Shown piece after piece: positions 1-8,379 of a stretch of DNA of 32,000 nucleotides. The stretch's first letter is position 1. The number at the start of each line of letters is the position of its first letter. The stretch spans positions 2,807-34,806 of the forward strand of contig JAZSDZ010000080.1 of assembly GCA_045531435.1 (NCBI GenBank), given 5' to 3'. The notes under the pieces are model-generated. The model saw only the letters and a list, made by a program, of their open reading frames with translations. It was not told the DNA's origin and did not search any database. The stretch comes from Candidatus Fimenecus sp. Lineage in GTDB: Bacteria > Bacillota > Clostridia > Oscillospirales > Acutalibacteraceae. The position numbers were made by a program, and so were the translations under genes.

Positions 1-2235
1 CGAAAAAAGAAACCTGTTGAAACAGAAATTACCGAAGAACAACTCAATGCCCACATTCTTGGTGCAGGTGAGGTTGTAACTCAGAATATAACAGAAACAC
101 TTGAAACAAACTTTATGCCTTATGCTATGAGTGTTATCGTATCCCGTGCAATTCCTGAAATTGACGGTCTTAAACCATCTCACAGAAAGCTTCTTTATAC
201 AATGTATAAAATGGGGCTTCTTAATGGCGGAAGAGTTAAGTCAGCAAATATTGTAGGTCGTACAATGCAGTTAAACCCTCATGGTGACGCTGCTATTTAT
301 GAAACAATGGTACGACTTTCCCGTGGTAACGAGAGTTTGTTGCATCCTTATGTTGACTCAAAGGGTAACTTCGGTAAGGCGTATTCAAAAAATATGGCGT
401 TTGCTGCATCTCGTTATACAGAAGCGAAGCTTGAACCGATAGCAGCTGAACTTTTCAAGGATATTGATAAGGATACAGTTGATTTTGTTGATAACTATGA
501 TGCCACAATGCAGGAACCTACACTTTTACCTGTGTCATTTCCATCAATCCTCGTAAATTCAAATACAGGTATTGCTGTTGGTATGGCGTCTTCAATTTGT
601 TCATTCAATCTTCGTGAAATATGTGAAACGACAATCGGACTTATTAAAAATCCTGATTTTGATATAACAGAAACACTTAAAGCACCTGATTTTATTGGCG
701 GTGGCAAAATTATCTACGACCAGAATCAGATGAATGAAATTTTCCGTACAGGTCGTGGTGGTTTTAAGGTAAGAGCAAAATACGAGTATGATAAAGCTAA
801 TAACTGTATTGATATTACTGAAATCCCACCTACAACAACTGCAGAAGCAATCATTGATAAGGTTATTGAAAAGGTAAAGGCAAATGCTATCCGTGAAATC
901 AGCGATATCCGTGACGAAACGGATAAAAAGGGTCTTAAAATCACAATCGACTTAAAGCGTGGCACGGATGTTGAAAAGCTTATGCAGAAGCTTTATAAAA
1001 TGACTTCACTTGAAGATACATTCTCTTGTAATTTCAATGTGCTTATTGCAGGTGTACCACAGGTGCTTGGCGTTGCAGAGCTTCTTACAGAATGGATTGC
1101 ATTCCGTACAGAGTGTGTAAATCGTCGTGTTTATTTCGATTTAACAAAAGCAAAGGATAAGCTTCATCTCTTGTTAGGTCTTCAGAAAATCCTTTTAGAT
1201 ATTGACAAGGCAATTAAAATTGTCCGTGAAACTGAAGAAGAAGCCGAGGTTGTGCCTAACTTGATGATAGGTTTCGGAATTGATAAAATTCAGGCTGAAT
1301 ATGTTGCTGAAATCAAGCTCCGTCATCTTAACCGTGAATACATTATGAAACGTCTTAATGATGTTGACGACCTTAAAAAGCAGATTGAGGATATGGAAGA
1401 TATTCTTTCAAGCAAGGCAAGAGTCAAGAAGATTATCGTTAATGAGCTTAAACAGATTATTGATAAATACGGTAAGGACAGAAAAACTGAAATTATCTAT
1501 GCACAAGAGATTGAGGAAATGGAAGATGTATTGGAAGAAATTCTTGATTATCCTGTTACTCTTTTCTTCACAAAGGAAGGTTATTTCAAGAAAATTACTC
1601 CTTTGTCACTTCGTATGAGCGGTGAGCATAAGCTCAAGGAAAATGACCAGATTATTTCAACTGTTGAAGCAACAAACAGTGTTGAACTTCTCTTCTTTAC
1701 AAATAAATGTCAGGTCTATAAGTCAAGAGCTAGTGAATTTGATGATACAAAGGCAAGTGTCCTTGGGGATTATGTTGCAACAAAGCTTCAGATGGAGCCT
1801 GATGAAACTGCAATATTTATGGTTGTTGTGAAGGAATATAAGGGCTATATGCTCTTCTTCTTCCAGAATGGTAAGGTTGCAAAGGTTGATATTTCTGCTT
1901 ATGAAACAAAGACTAACCGTAAAAAGCTCATTAAGGCATATTCTGATAAGAGTCCGCTTATAAGTGCAATTTATGTAGCTGAAGATAAGGAGATTGTAAT
2001 GAAATCTTCAGCGGGTAGATATTTGCTCTTTAATTCAGGTGCAATCTCAGCAAAGACGACAAAGGACAGTCAGGGTGTTGCAGTAATGAGCCTTAAAAAA
2101 GGTCACAGAGTTGAATCTGTATCTGATTTGAAGGAAGGTCAATTTGCAAAACCAAGTCGTTACAGAACGAAAAATCTTCCTGCAAACGGTGCAATACTCA
2201 GCGCAGAGGATCAGGGAGAGCAGTTAACCTTTTAA
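1..2235 (+). CDS. Type IIA DNA topoisomerase subunit A (GyrA/ParC family), 5' end outside the window
   Basis: The frame is open from nt 1 (RKKKPVETEITEEQ... precedes the ORF-track Met at 115), so the true start is upstream. Motifs: YAMSVIVSRAIPEIDGLKPSHRKLLY, NPHGDAAIYETMVRLS, and the catalytic Tyr context AASRYTEAKL. I saw no QRRGGKG GyrA-box in the short C-terminal domain, so it is ParC-like rather than canonical GyrA. Confidence 0.9.
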   Translation, partial: RKKKPVETEITEEQLNAHILGAGEVVTQNITETLETNFMPYAMSVIVSRAIPEIDGLKPSHRKLLYTMYKMGLLNGGRVKSANIVGRTMQLNPHGDAAIYETMVRLSRGNESLLHPYVDSKGNFGKAYSKNMAFAASRYTEAKLEPIAAELFKDIDKDTVDFVDNYDATMQEPTLLPVSFPSILVNSNTGIAVGMASSICSFNLREICETTIGLIKNPDFDITETLKAPDFIGGGKIIYDQNQMNEIFRTGRGGFKVRAKYEYDKANNCIDITEIPPTTTAEAIIDKVIEKVKANAIREISDIRDETDKKGLKITIDLKRGTDVEKLMQKLYKMTSLEDTFSCNFNVLIAGVPQVLGVAELLTEWIAFRTECVNRRVYFDLTKAKDKLHLLLGLQKILLDIDKAIKIVRETEEEAEVVPNLMIGFGIDKIQAEYVAEIKLRHLNREYIMKRLNDVDDLKKQIEDMEDILSSKARVKKIIVNELKQIIDKYGKDRKTEIIYAQEIEEMEDVLEEILDYPVTLFFTKEGYFKKITPLSLRMSGEHKLKENDQIISTVEATNSVELLFFTNKCQVYKSRASEFDDTKASVLGDYVATKLQMEPDETAIFMVVVKEYKGYMLFFFQNGKVAKVDISAYETKTNRKKLIKAYSDKSPLISAIYVAEDKEIVMKSSAGRYLLFNSGAISAKTTKDSQGVAVMSLKKGHRVESVSDLKEGQFAKPSRYRTKNLPANGAILSAEDQGEQLTF

Positions 2236-2264
2236 ACGCAAAGCGCAAGAATCTCAATACAAAA

Positions 2265-2286
2265 ACCGACTGCAAAAACAGTCGGT
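2265..2286. terminator. 8-bp stem hairpin after the topoisomerase gene; the T-tract lies on the opposite strand
   Basis: ACCGACTG-caaaaa-CAGTCGGT. An A-run precedes it on the plus strand and no T-run follows. Read on the minus strand it is followed by TTTTTTG. A second hairpin, GCAGACAG...CTGTCTGC, follows at 2287-2329. Confidence 0.4.
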
Positions 2287-2396
2287 GCAGACAGGCTGGC
2301 AAACGCAAATTAACTTGTTGCTGTCTGCAAAAGTAGTATTTGTTATAAAGTAATAGTAATTCATTGAAAAAAATACCACTTTTTTTAAAAAAACAC

Positions 2397-2425
2397 TTGC
2401 AATTTCTATTGTGTTGTGTTAGAAT
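2397..2425 (+). promoter_or_regulatory. Sigma-A type promoter for secG
   Basis: TTGCAA (2397-2402), 17-nt spacer, TAGAAT (2420-2425). A GGAGG RBS at 2453-2457 precedes the ATG at 2468. Confidence 0.5.
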
Positions 2426-2467
2426 ATCAAGGCTGTGAAATATACATGGTTTGGAGGTTGACACGTT

Positions 2468-2716
2468 ATGGCATGGTATCACATAGTTTTTGGTATAGCA
2501 CTTATTGTGTTAGCAGTTTTAATCGTTCTTTTCGTTCTTATGCAGGAAGGTAATGAGCAAGGACTCGGTGCCATTTCCGGTGGTTCTTCTGAATCATTCT
2601 TTGGTAAGAACAAGGGCAGAACAGATGAGGCAAAGAAAGCATTCCTTACAAAGATTTTTGCAGGAGTGTTCTTAGTACTCGTTCTTGTTTCTTCAATTGT
2701 AATGATTTTTGCTTAA
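2468..2716 (+). CDS. secG: Preprotein translocase subunit SecG
   Basis: 82 aa with two hydrophobic helices flanking a Gly-rich loop (LMQEGNEQGLGAISGGSSESFFGKNKG), the typical SecG layout and size. Confidence 0.85.
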   Translation: MAWYHIVFGIALIVLAVLIVLFVLMQEGNEQGLGAISGGSSESFFGKNKGRTDEAKKAFLTKIFAGVFLVLVLVSSIVMIFA

Positions 2717-2753
2717 TTAAAAACTAAAATCCCGATATATATCGGGAATATAT

Positions 2754-2829
2754 GATCCACTAGCTCAGTTGGCAGAGCACTTGACTTTTAATCAAGGTGT
2801 CCGGAGTTCGAATCTCCGGTGGATCACCA
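2754..2829 (+). tRNA. tRNA-Lys (anticodon UUU)
   Basis: Hand-folded cloverleaf. Acceptor GATCCAC/GTGGATC, D arm TAGCTCAGTTGGCAGAGCA, anticodon stem CTTGA/TCAAG with loop CTTTTAA (anticodon TTT), T arm GGAGTTCGAATCTCC, discriminator A and an encoded CCA. Confidence 0.93.
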
Positions 2830-2834
2830 AAAAG

Positions 2835-2866
2835 AGAGCACGCATTTTGCGTGCTCTTATTTTTTA
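2835..2866 (+). terminator. Rho-independent terminator after tRNA-Lys
   Basis: AGAGCACGC-atttt-GCGTGCTCT (9-bp stem) followed by TATTTTTTAT. Confidence 0.8.
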
Positions 2867-2952
2867 TAAGCAAGGCAGAGATTCTAACTCTCAAAATTAT
2901 AATTTAAAGAATGTGGTTTCATTTTTTGCTAATACTATTACAGGTGATTATT

Positions 2953-4251
2953 ATGATATCTGTATGGACTGACAATTCGGAGTTTAAGACTTTCCCGGAA
3001 TTAAAAAATGACATTAAAACGAGTGTTGCCGTAATCGGTGGTGGAATAACAGGACTTTTATGTGCTTATGAACTAAAACAAAAAGGTATAGATTGTGTTG
3101 TGCTTGAAGCAGACAGAATTTGTGAAGGTGTAACACAGAATACAACAGCAAAAATAACTTCTCAGCACGGTTTGATTTACGACAAACTCATTAGAAAATA
3201 TGGTATAGAAAAAGCACAGATGTATATTGATACTAATGAAAATGCGTTGAAAAAATATAAAGCAATGTGTAAAAATATTTCTTGTGATTTTGAAATTAAA
3301 GATAATTATGTTTATTCAGTAAATAATTCAAGAAAAATCAACGACGAACTTCATGCGTTAGTAAGATTAGGGTTTAATCCTGATTTTTGCACAGAAATTC
3401 CTGTGCCGATAGAAATTGCAGGTGCGATTAAATTCCCAAATCAGGCACAGTTCAATCCGTTGCGATTCCTATCATTTATCTCAAAAGGTCTGACTATTTA
3501 TGAAAAAACAAAGGTTATTGAAATTCGAGGAAAAAGGGCAATAACTGAAAAAGCAAAAATTACAGCCGATTATTTTATAGTGGCAACTCATTTCCCTTTT
3601 ATGAATAAATTTGGTGGATATTTTGTAAAGCTTTATCAGGAAAGAAGCTATGTGTTGGCATTACAGGGTGGTCCTAAAATTGACGGAATGTATGTTGATG
3701 AAGCAAAAAGTGGAATGTCTTTCAGAAATTATAAGAATTATCTTTTAGTAGGTGGTGGCGACCATCGTACAGGCAAGGATGGCGGAAATTATAGAGAGTT
3801 AAAAGCTTTTTCAGCTCTAAATTATCCCGAATATCCGATTAAATATCAGTGGGCAACACAGGATTGTATGAGCCTTGATTCTGTGCCGTATATAGGCAGG
3901 TATTCCAAGAAAATCCCGAATGTTTTTGTTGCAACAGGCTTCAATAAATGGGGAATGACATCTTCATTGGTATCAGCCCAACTGCTTTGTGATATGGTTT
4001 GTGGGCAAAAGAATGAGTATGAAGAAATTTTTTCACCATCACGAAGTGTGTTGACATTGCAATTACCAATAAACATTTTTGAGTCAACAGTAGGTCTTTT
4101 AACACCTTCTAAAAAACGATGTCCACATCTTGGATGCGCATTGAAATGGAATTCTGCTGAACACACTTGGGACTGTCCGTGCCACGGTTCAAGATTTACA
4201 GAGGATGGTAAACTCATCAATAACCCTGCAACAGATGACTTGAGCAAATAA
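2953..4251 (+). CDS. FAD-dependent oxidoreductase fused to a C-terminal Rieske [2Fe-2S] domain (YhfW-like architecture)
   Basis: N-terminal Rossmann motif VAVIGGGITGLLCAYEL. C-terminal Rieske motif CPHLGC...(15 aa)...CPCHGSRF. I prefer the ATG at 2953 (AGGTGA RBS 7 nt upstream) to the ORF-track Met at 2911, which has no RBS. Confidence 0.8.
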   Translation: MISVWTDNSEFKTFPELKNDIKTSVAVIGGGITGLLCAYELKQKGIDCVVLEADRICEGVTQNTTAKITSQHGLIYDKLIRKYGIEKAQMYIDTNENALKKYKAMCKNISCDFEIKDNYVYSVNNSRKINDELHALVRLGFNPDFCTEIPVPIEIAGAIKFPNQAQFNPLRFLSFISKGLTIYEKTKVIEIRGKRAITEKAKITADYFIVATHFPFMNKFGGYFVKLYQERSYVLALQGGPKIDGMYVDEAKSGMSFRNYKNYLLVGGGDHRTGKDGGNYRELKAFSALNYPEYPIKYQWATQDCMSLDSVPYIGRYSKKIPNVFVATGFNKWGMTSSLVSAQLLCDMVCGQKNEYEEIFSPSRSVLTLQLPINIFESTVGLLTPSKKRCPHLGCALKWNSAEHTWDCPCHGSRFTEDGKLINNPATDDLSK

Positions 4252-4275
4252 CGAAGATTCATAATAATTTTTTTA

Positions 4276-4304
4276 TTGACAAAATCTGACATAATTGTTA
4301 TATT
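4276..4304 (+). promoter_or_regulatory. Sigma-A type promoter for the serine hydrolase gene
   Basis: TTGACA (4276-4281), 17-nt spacer, TATATT (4299-4304). Confidence 0.5.
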
Positions 4305-4343
4305 ATCCTTCGATAAGCAAATAATCGGAAGTGACATAATATA

Positions 4344-5651
4344 ATGAAAAAACGATTGTTAAAGATTTTATGTATTGTTTTATCCTTTGTAATAGTTATT
4401 ATTTCAATAACTTTCATGAAGAAGGATAAACCTGTAAATCAGGATTTCATTGAGAAAGAAAGTACAACTTCAGAAATGACACTTGAAGAAAGCACAACTG
4501 TTCAGGAAAATACAACTGAGGTGGAATCTACTACAGAAATAACTACTATAATTGAAACAACAACAGAAACAGCACCATTATTCACATATGCACCGGTATC
4601 AGCATCATCACCGGAATTAGAGAAACTTGTCAAGGAAGTTGCTGAAAAACATGGAGCAGTTGCTGTGCAGGTTGCTACAATTAAAGATGGTATGGTTTCT
4701 GCAACGGCTGAATATGGTTGGGCAGTTGCAAATGAGCGTCCGATAGAAACCGATACAAAAATGCGTATAGCTTCCCTTTCAAAAACACCTATCGGTATGG
4801 TGGTTTTTAAGCTTGTTGAGGAAGGAAAACTCAATATTGATACGGACATTTCTGAATATTTAGGTGTGTTGGTAAGACATCCTGATTATCCTGATATGCC
4901 GATTACAATAAGGATGTTATTGACACATACATCAGGTTTGACTGATAAGGGTTATCAGGATTCGCTGGAGAAGATACAAGACCATCTTTTATCACCTAAG
5001 GCTTATCAGGAAAAACCAGGTGAGAAATTCAGATACAATAACTATGGTTTCGGACTTGCAGCTACTATTTGCGAGTGCGTTACAAGAAAAAGTCTTAATA
5101 ACCTTGTAAAAGAGTATTTTCTTAATCCTATGGGTATAGAGGCATCTTATCTTGGAGGACAGCTTAATTCACAGAAACTTGCAACCATATATGACAGTGA
5201 GTGGAAAATAGGTTTAAGTGTCAAAAGACAGGCAATGCCAAAAACAGATAAAAATGTACCAGGTAGATATATGATGCTTTATGCAGGTGGACTTACAATC
5301 AGTGCAAGTGACCTTGCTAAACTGTTGACTATTCTTGTAAATGAGGGAATGTATAATGGTATGCAGCTTTTATCCCAAGAAAGTATTGACCAGATGCAGA
5401 CACCTCAATTGCCAAACAATTCAATACAAGGTATGCCTATAAAAAAGAAGGCTGGACTTTACAATCAGGAATATATGTATCACCATTCAGGTAGTGCATA
5501 TGGCACATACTCGTTCTATATGTATAATCCTGAAACAGATATTGGCGTAGTTGTCATTTCTACGGGAGCAAAATTATCAAGAGACCGTTACGGCACATAT
5601 TCTATATGTGGTGATATTGTTGATGGAATTATAAAACAGAATTTGCTATAA
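4344..5651 (+). CDS. Membrane-anchored beta-lactamase-fold serine hydrolase (class C / PBP-related family)
   Basis: N-terminal TM helix, a Thr/Glu-rich stalk (ESTT-type reiterations), then the S-x-x-K motif (ASLSKT) and the Y-x-N motif (YNNYGFG). Confidence 0.8.
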   Translation: MKKRLLKILCIVLSFVIVIISITFMKKDKPVNQDFIEKESTTSEMTLEESTTVQENTTEVESTTEITTIIETTTETAPLFTYAPVSASSPELEKLVKEVAEKHGAVAVQVATIKDGMVSATAEYGWAVANERPIETDTKMRIASLSKTPIGMVVFKLVEEGKLNIDTDISEYLGVLVRHPDYPDMPITIRMLLTHTSGLTDKGYQDSLEKIQDHLLSPKAYQEKPGEKFRYNNYGFGLAATICECVTRKSLNNLVKEYFLNPMGIEASYLGGQLNSQKLATIYDSEWKIGLSVKRQAMPKTDKNVPGRYMMLYAGGLTISASDLAKLLTILVNEGMYNGMQLLSQESIDQMQTPQLPNNSIQGMPIKKKAGLYNQEYMYHHSGSAYGTYSFYMYNPETDIGVVVISTGAKLSRDRYGTYSICGDIVDGIIKQNLL

Positions 5652-5684
5652 AAAAGTCGGTAGAGTAATTTCTACCGACTTTTT
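5651..5684. terminator. Bidirectional rho-independent terminator between convergent genes
   Basis: AAAAAGTCGGTAGA-gtaatt-TCTACCGACTTTTT, with an A-run and a T-run on either side. Confidence 0.85.
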
Positions 5685-5686
5685 GA

Positions 5687-6346
5687 TTATCTTAACAGTG
5701 GGATAACATTTTCAGCAACAACCTTGTATGCTTGTGCATTGATATGAAGACCATCGTAGGTGTATTCTTGTTTAAGATTTCCATCCTTATCCTTTAACTT
5801 GTCAGTAAAATCAAGCCATACACAATCATACTTTTCACAGAGTTTAATGAATTCGCTATTCATCTTATTAATTTTTGCATTACTTCTTTTTTCAAATCTA
5901 TCACGAATTTTTTCATTTATAGGATAAACTGCTTCGATAATCAAATTGACTTGAGGACAAACGCTTTTTGTTATCTTGATAATGCTTTCCATATTTTTCA
6001 GAGATAATGAAACTGGAAGACCACGACCTATGTCGTTTGTACCTATAAGAAGAACAATGTTTTTAGGCTTAATACAAAGCACATTTTCAGTAAGCCTTTC
6101 AAGAAGACGGTCAGTTGTATCACCACTGATACCACGATTATATACTGCCTGACCACTTTTGTCTGAAAAGTCATAAAACAATTCATACCAGTTAAAAGAA
6201 TCTGTAATCGAATCACCTAAAAGCACAGTCTGATTATCAAGTGCATAGTGCTGATTCAGAAAAGTGTAGTTACTTTTTTTAGTTGCCATTTTCTTGTTGT
6301 ATGCTGTGACAATTGAATAGGCAGGTTGTTTCTTGTTGAAAATCAT
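5687..6346 (-). CDS. SGNH/GDSL-family hydrolase (esterase/acylhydrolase)
   Basis: Block I LLGDSITDS, block II GISGDTT, block III LIGTNDI, block V DGLHIN. Its ATG overlaps the stop of the upstream gene (ATGA). Confidence 0.85.
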   Translation of the reverse strand: MIFNKKQPAYSIVTAYNKKMATKKSNYTFLNQHYALDNQTVLLGDSITDSFNWYELFYDFSDKSGQAVYNRGISGDTTDRLLERLTENVLCIKPKNIVLLIGTNDIGRGLPVSLSLKNMESIIKITKSVCPQVNLIIEAVYPINEKIRDRFEKRSNAKINKMNSEFIKLCEKYDCVWLDFTDKLKDKDGNLKQEYTYDGLHINAQAYKVVAENVIPLLR

Positions 6347-7401
6347 ATGCTGTTATCCTCTGTTTCAGTTAAAAAATCTCTTTTCATAATACATTCTTCA
6401 AGGAAGTTGTTTGCAACGTCCATAACTGTCAAATCTTCTTTTGTAATAAGTGAATAATCAATATTCTGATAAATTTCGTATGCTTCTGGACTGCTTTCAC
6501 CTAAAGTTGCAATCTTTGCAAACGTGTCATTGAGATATTGTTCGGCATCCTTGGCAAGATATACATTATGATATTTACTTTCATACAAAACAGTTCGTAC
6601 ATTAGGATTGTTGCTGATTTTACTTTTAAGTCCCACAGGACTGTTTTTAACAGTAACCTGCATATCGTTTCCACCGTGCATAATAAGTATCGGAACAGAA
6701 TTATTGTTGATTGTATCACAAGTGCGAAGAACACCTGCTTTCCCGAAACGGATTAAATTAATCAAATCAAAAAACGGACCGAAAACTGAAAGATTAATTT
6801 TAGTTTGTGATTTTGCATTGTCACTGATTAATTTATTCATAGAATTAAACGGAGAAAAGGCAACAATACCCTTAATATCTTTTTCAGGAATAAGTGCAGA
6901 TACATTAGAAACACAGTAAGCACCCCAGGAATGACCAACTAAAACCAATGGTAGTTCTTTTAAATCATCTCTTGATTCCGCAAAAAGAATTGCGTGTTTA
7001 AGGTCTATAACACCTTGTGCAAATCCATAAAGCTTGTCACCCTCAGATGAACATGTACCTGTGTTATCATATGCAAGAACAAGATAACCCTTTTGTGCAA
7101 AATAATTGATTTCAGTAGTGTATGCAAGATGACCTGCGCCCATTCCGTGTGAAAATACAACAAGCGCCTTGTAATTATCAACCTTTGCGCTACTGTAAAG
7201 AAATCCATGAAGAGTCTGACCCTTATCCGATGGAAAATTAATGGGTCTTGCATTAAGATTATCAAAGTTTTTCGCTTTTAAATATTTAAGATTGTCATTT
7301 CCCTCACAGCGTTTTGAAATTCCCGAAAAATCAAGAATTTTTAAGGCAACGAGAAATAAAAGTAAGCATATTACTAAGAATATAATAAGAAAATAAATCA
7401 T
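6343..7401 (-). CDS. Membrane-anchored alpha/beta-fold hydrolase
   Basis: N-terminal TM helix, nucleophile elbow GHSWG, later HGGNDMQV and KYHNV (candidate Asp and His). Translationally coupled to the SGNH gene. Confidence 0.8.
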   Translation of the reverse strand: MIYFLIIFLVICLLLFLVALKILDFSGISKRCEGNDNLKYLKAKNFDNLNARPINFPSDKGQTLHGFLYSSAKVDNYKALVVFSHGMGAGHLAYTTEINYFAQKGYLVLAYDNTGTCSSEGDKLYGFAQGVIDLKHAILFAESRDDLKELPLVLVGHSWGAYCVSNVSALIPEKDIKGIVAFSPFNSMNKLISDNAKSQTKINLSVFGPFFDLINLIRFGKAGVLRTCDTINNNSVPILIMHGGNDMQVTVKNSPVGLKSKISNNPNVRTVLYESKYHNVYLAKDAEQYLNDTFAKIATLGESSPEAYEIYQNIDYSLITKEDLTVMDVANNFLEECIMKRDFLTETEDNSI

Positions 7402-7446
7402 AATACCTTCCTTTCCTTATACATTTTACCATATGAGCAGGATTTT

Positions 7447-7487
7447 GCAATATTTTTATTGCGGAGAACATTTTTATATTGTATAAT
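7447..7487 (+). promoter_or_regulatory. Promoter of the XRE regulator with an overlapping palindromic operator
   Basis: TTGCGG (7459-7464), 17-nt spacer, TATAAT (7482-7487). The perfect dyad GCAATA-tttt-TATTGC (7447-7462) overlaps the -35 element. Confidence 0.45.
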
Positions 7488-7504
7488 TTAGAAGAGGTGT
7501 AATT

Positions 7505-7864
7505 ATGGATTTTTGTCGTAAGTTGAAAATTATAAGACATCAGAATAATCTTAAGCAACAACAACTGGCAGATATTTTAGGAATTACGCGTTCTGCTTAT
7601 TGTAGTTATGAAACAGGTCGACGCTCTGTGGATTTAGATACGATTGTCAAATTGTCAAACTTTTATAATATACCTATTGAGAATTTTTTTGAAGATGATT
7701 TGACGATTGTTTGTGATAATGATAATTATGAAAGTGAGCCCGATACAAGATATCTTTCACAGCTTTCCCGTGATGAAATAGCACTCATTGTAAAATATCG
7801 AATGATGAGTAAAGACGACAAAAAAGAAATCAAAGACCTTGCTGACAGTAAAACTAAAAAATAA
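7505..7864 (+). CDS. XRE-family helix-turn-helix transcriptional regulator
   Basis: Cro/C1-type HTH: LKQQQLADILGITRSAYCSYETGRRSVDLDTIVKLSNFYNIPIENFF. Confidence 0.85.
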   Translation: MDFCRKLKIIRHQNNLKQQQLADILGITRSAYCSYETGRRSVDLDTIVKLSNFYNIPIENFFEDDLTIVCDNDNYESEPDTRYLSQLSRDEIALIVKYRMMSKDDKKEIKDLADSKTKK

Positions 7865-7870
7865 AGACAA

Positions 7871-7912
7871 TGCTACACAATGGATAGTTATTAAGACTAT
7901 ATTTGTGTAGCA
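7871..7912 (+). terminator. Long hairpin terminator after the XRE gene
   Basis: TGCTACACAA...TTGTGTAGCA (10-bp stem, with inner ATAGT/ACTAT pairing) followed by ATTTTGTT. Confidence 0.6.
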
Positions 7913-7989
7913 ATTTTGTTAGCTATATTGACTGTTTGGCTAATTTTATGATAAAATAAAATAGAATTTTTTTGAAAAGGTTTGTTATT

Positions 7990-8376
7990 ATGAAGAATAA
8001 TAATTATAATATGACATCATCACTTGAGGATTACCTTGAGGCTGTTTTTGTGATTTCGCAGCAAAGAAGTAATGTGCGACTTACGGATATAGCTGAATAT
8101 CTTGGTGTTTCAAAACCAAGTGTAAATCGCGCTATAAATACACTTACCCAGAATGGTTATCTTGAACATGTAACTTATGGTGACATTCAGATTACACCAC
8201 AAGGTGAGAGTTATGCTGCAAATGTGCTCAGAAGACATAAACTTATAAAACAGTTTCTTATTAATACTCTTGGTGTTGATGAGAAAACAGCGGAGCATGA
8301 TGCTTGTCAGATGGAGCATGTTATGAGTTCAAGTACTATTGACAAACTTTACGATTATCTTGAAAGGCAGGGATAA
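7990..8376 (+). CDS. DtxR/MntR-family metal-dependent transcriptional repressor (no SH3-like C-terminal domain)
   Basis: SSLEDYLEAVFVISQQRSNVRLTDIAEYLGVSKPSVNRAINTLTQNGYLEH, plus metal-ligand-like RRHKL and AEHDACQMEHV. The ORF-track start at 7972 is TTG; I prefer the ATG at 7990. Confidence 0.8.
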   Translation: MKNNNYNMTSSLEDYLEAVFVISQQRSNVRLTDIAEYLGVSKPSVNRAINTLTQNGYLEHVTYGDIQITPQGESYAANVLRRHKLIKQFLINTLGVDEKTAEHDACQMEHVMSSSTIDKLYDYLERQG

Positions 8377-8379
8377 GTT

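Noticed and set aside
115-2235. The ORF-track Met at 115 might be the start of the topoisomerase subunit
   Set aside because: The reading frame stays open to nt 1, and family members have conserved sequence N-terminal to the YAMSVI motif. The gene is truncated by the window edge.
2198-2482. 94-aa minus-strand ORF
   Set aside because: It spans the terminator hairpins and the secG promoter, has a low-complexity composition, and has no RBS. It is spurious.
2731-2746. The perfect 16-nt palindrome CCCGATATATATCGGG between secG and tRNA-Lys shares CGATAT with the repeat array
   Set aside because: It is a single occurrence in a different context with no associated unit structure. It is most simply a secG stem-loop or processing signal, and the hexamer match is probably coincidental.
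2769-2972. 67-aa plus-strand ORF
   Set aside because: It begins inside tRNA-Lys and runs through its terminator. It is an artefact of ORF calling.
4440-4575. Reiterated GAAAGYACAACT-like DNA in the hydrolase gene might be a tandem repeat or contingency locus
   Set aside because: The repeats are imperfect and in-frame, and they simply encode a Thr/Glu-rich extracellular stalk. There is no homopolymer or perfect tandem unit that would slip.
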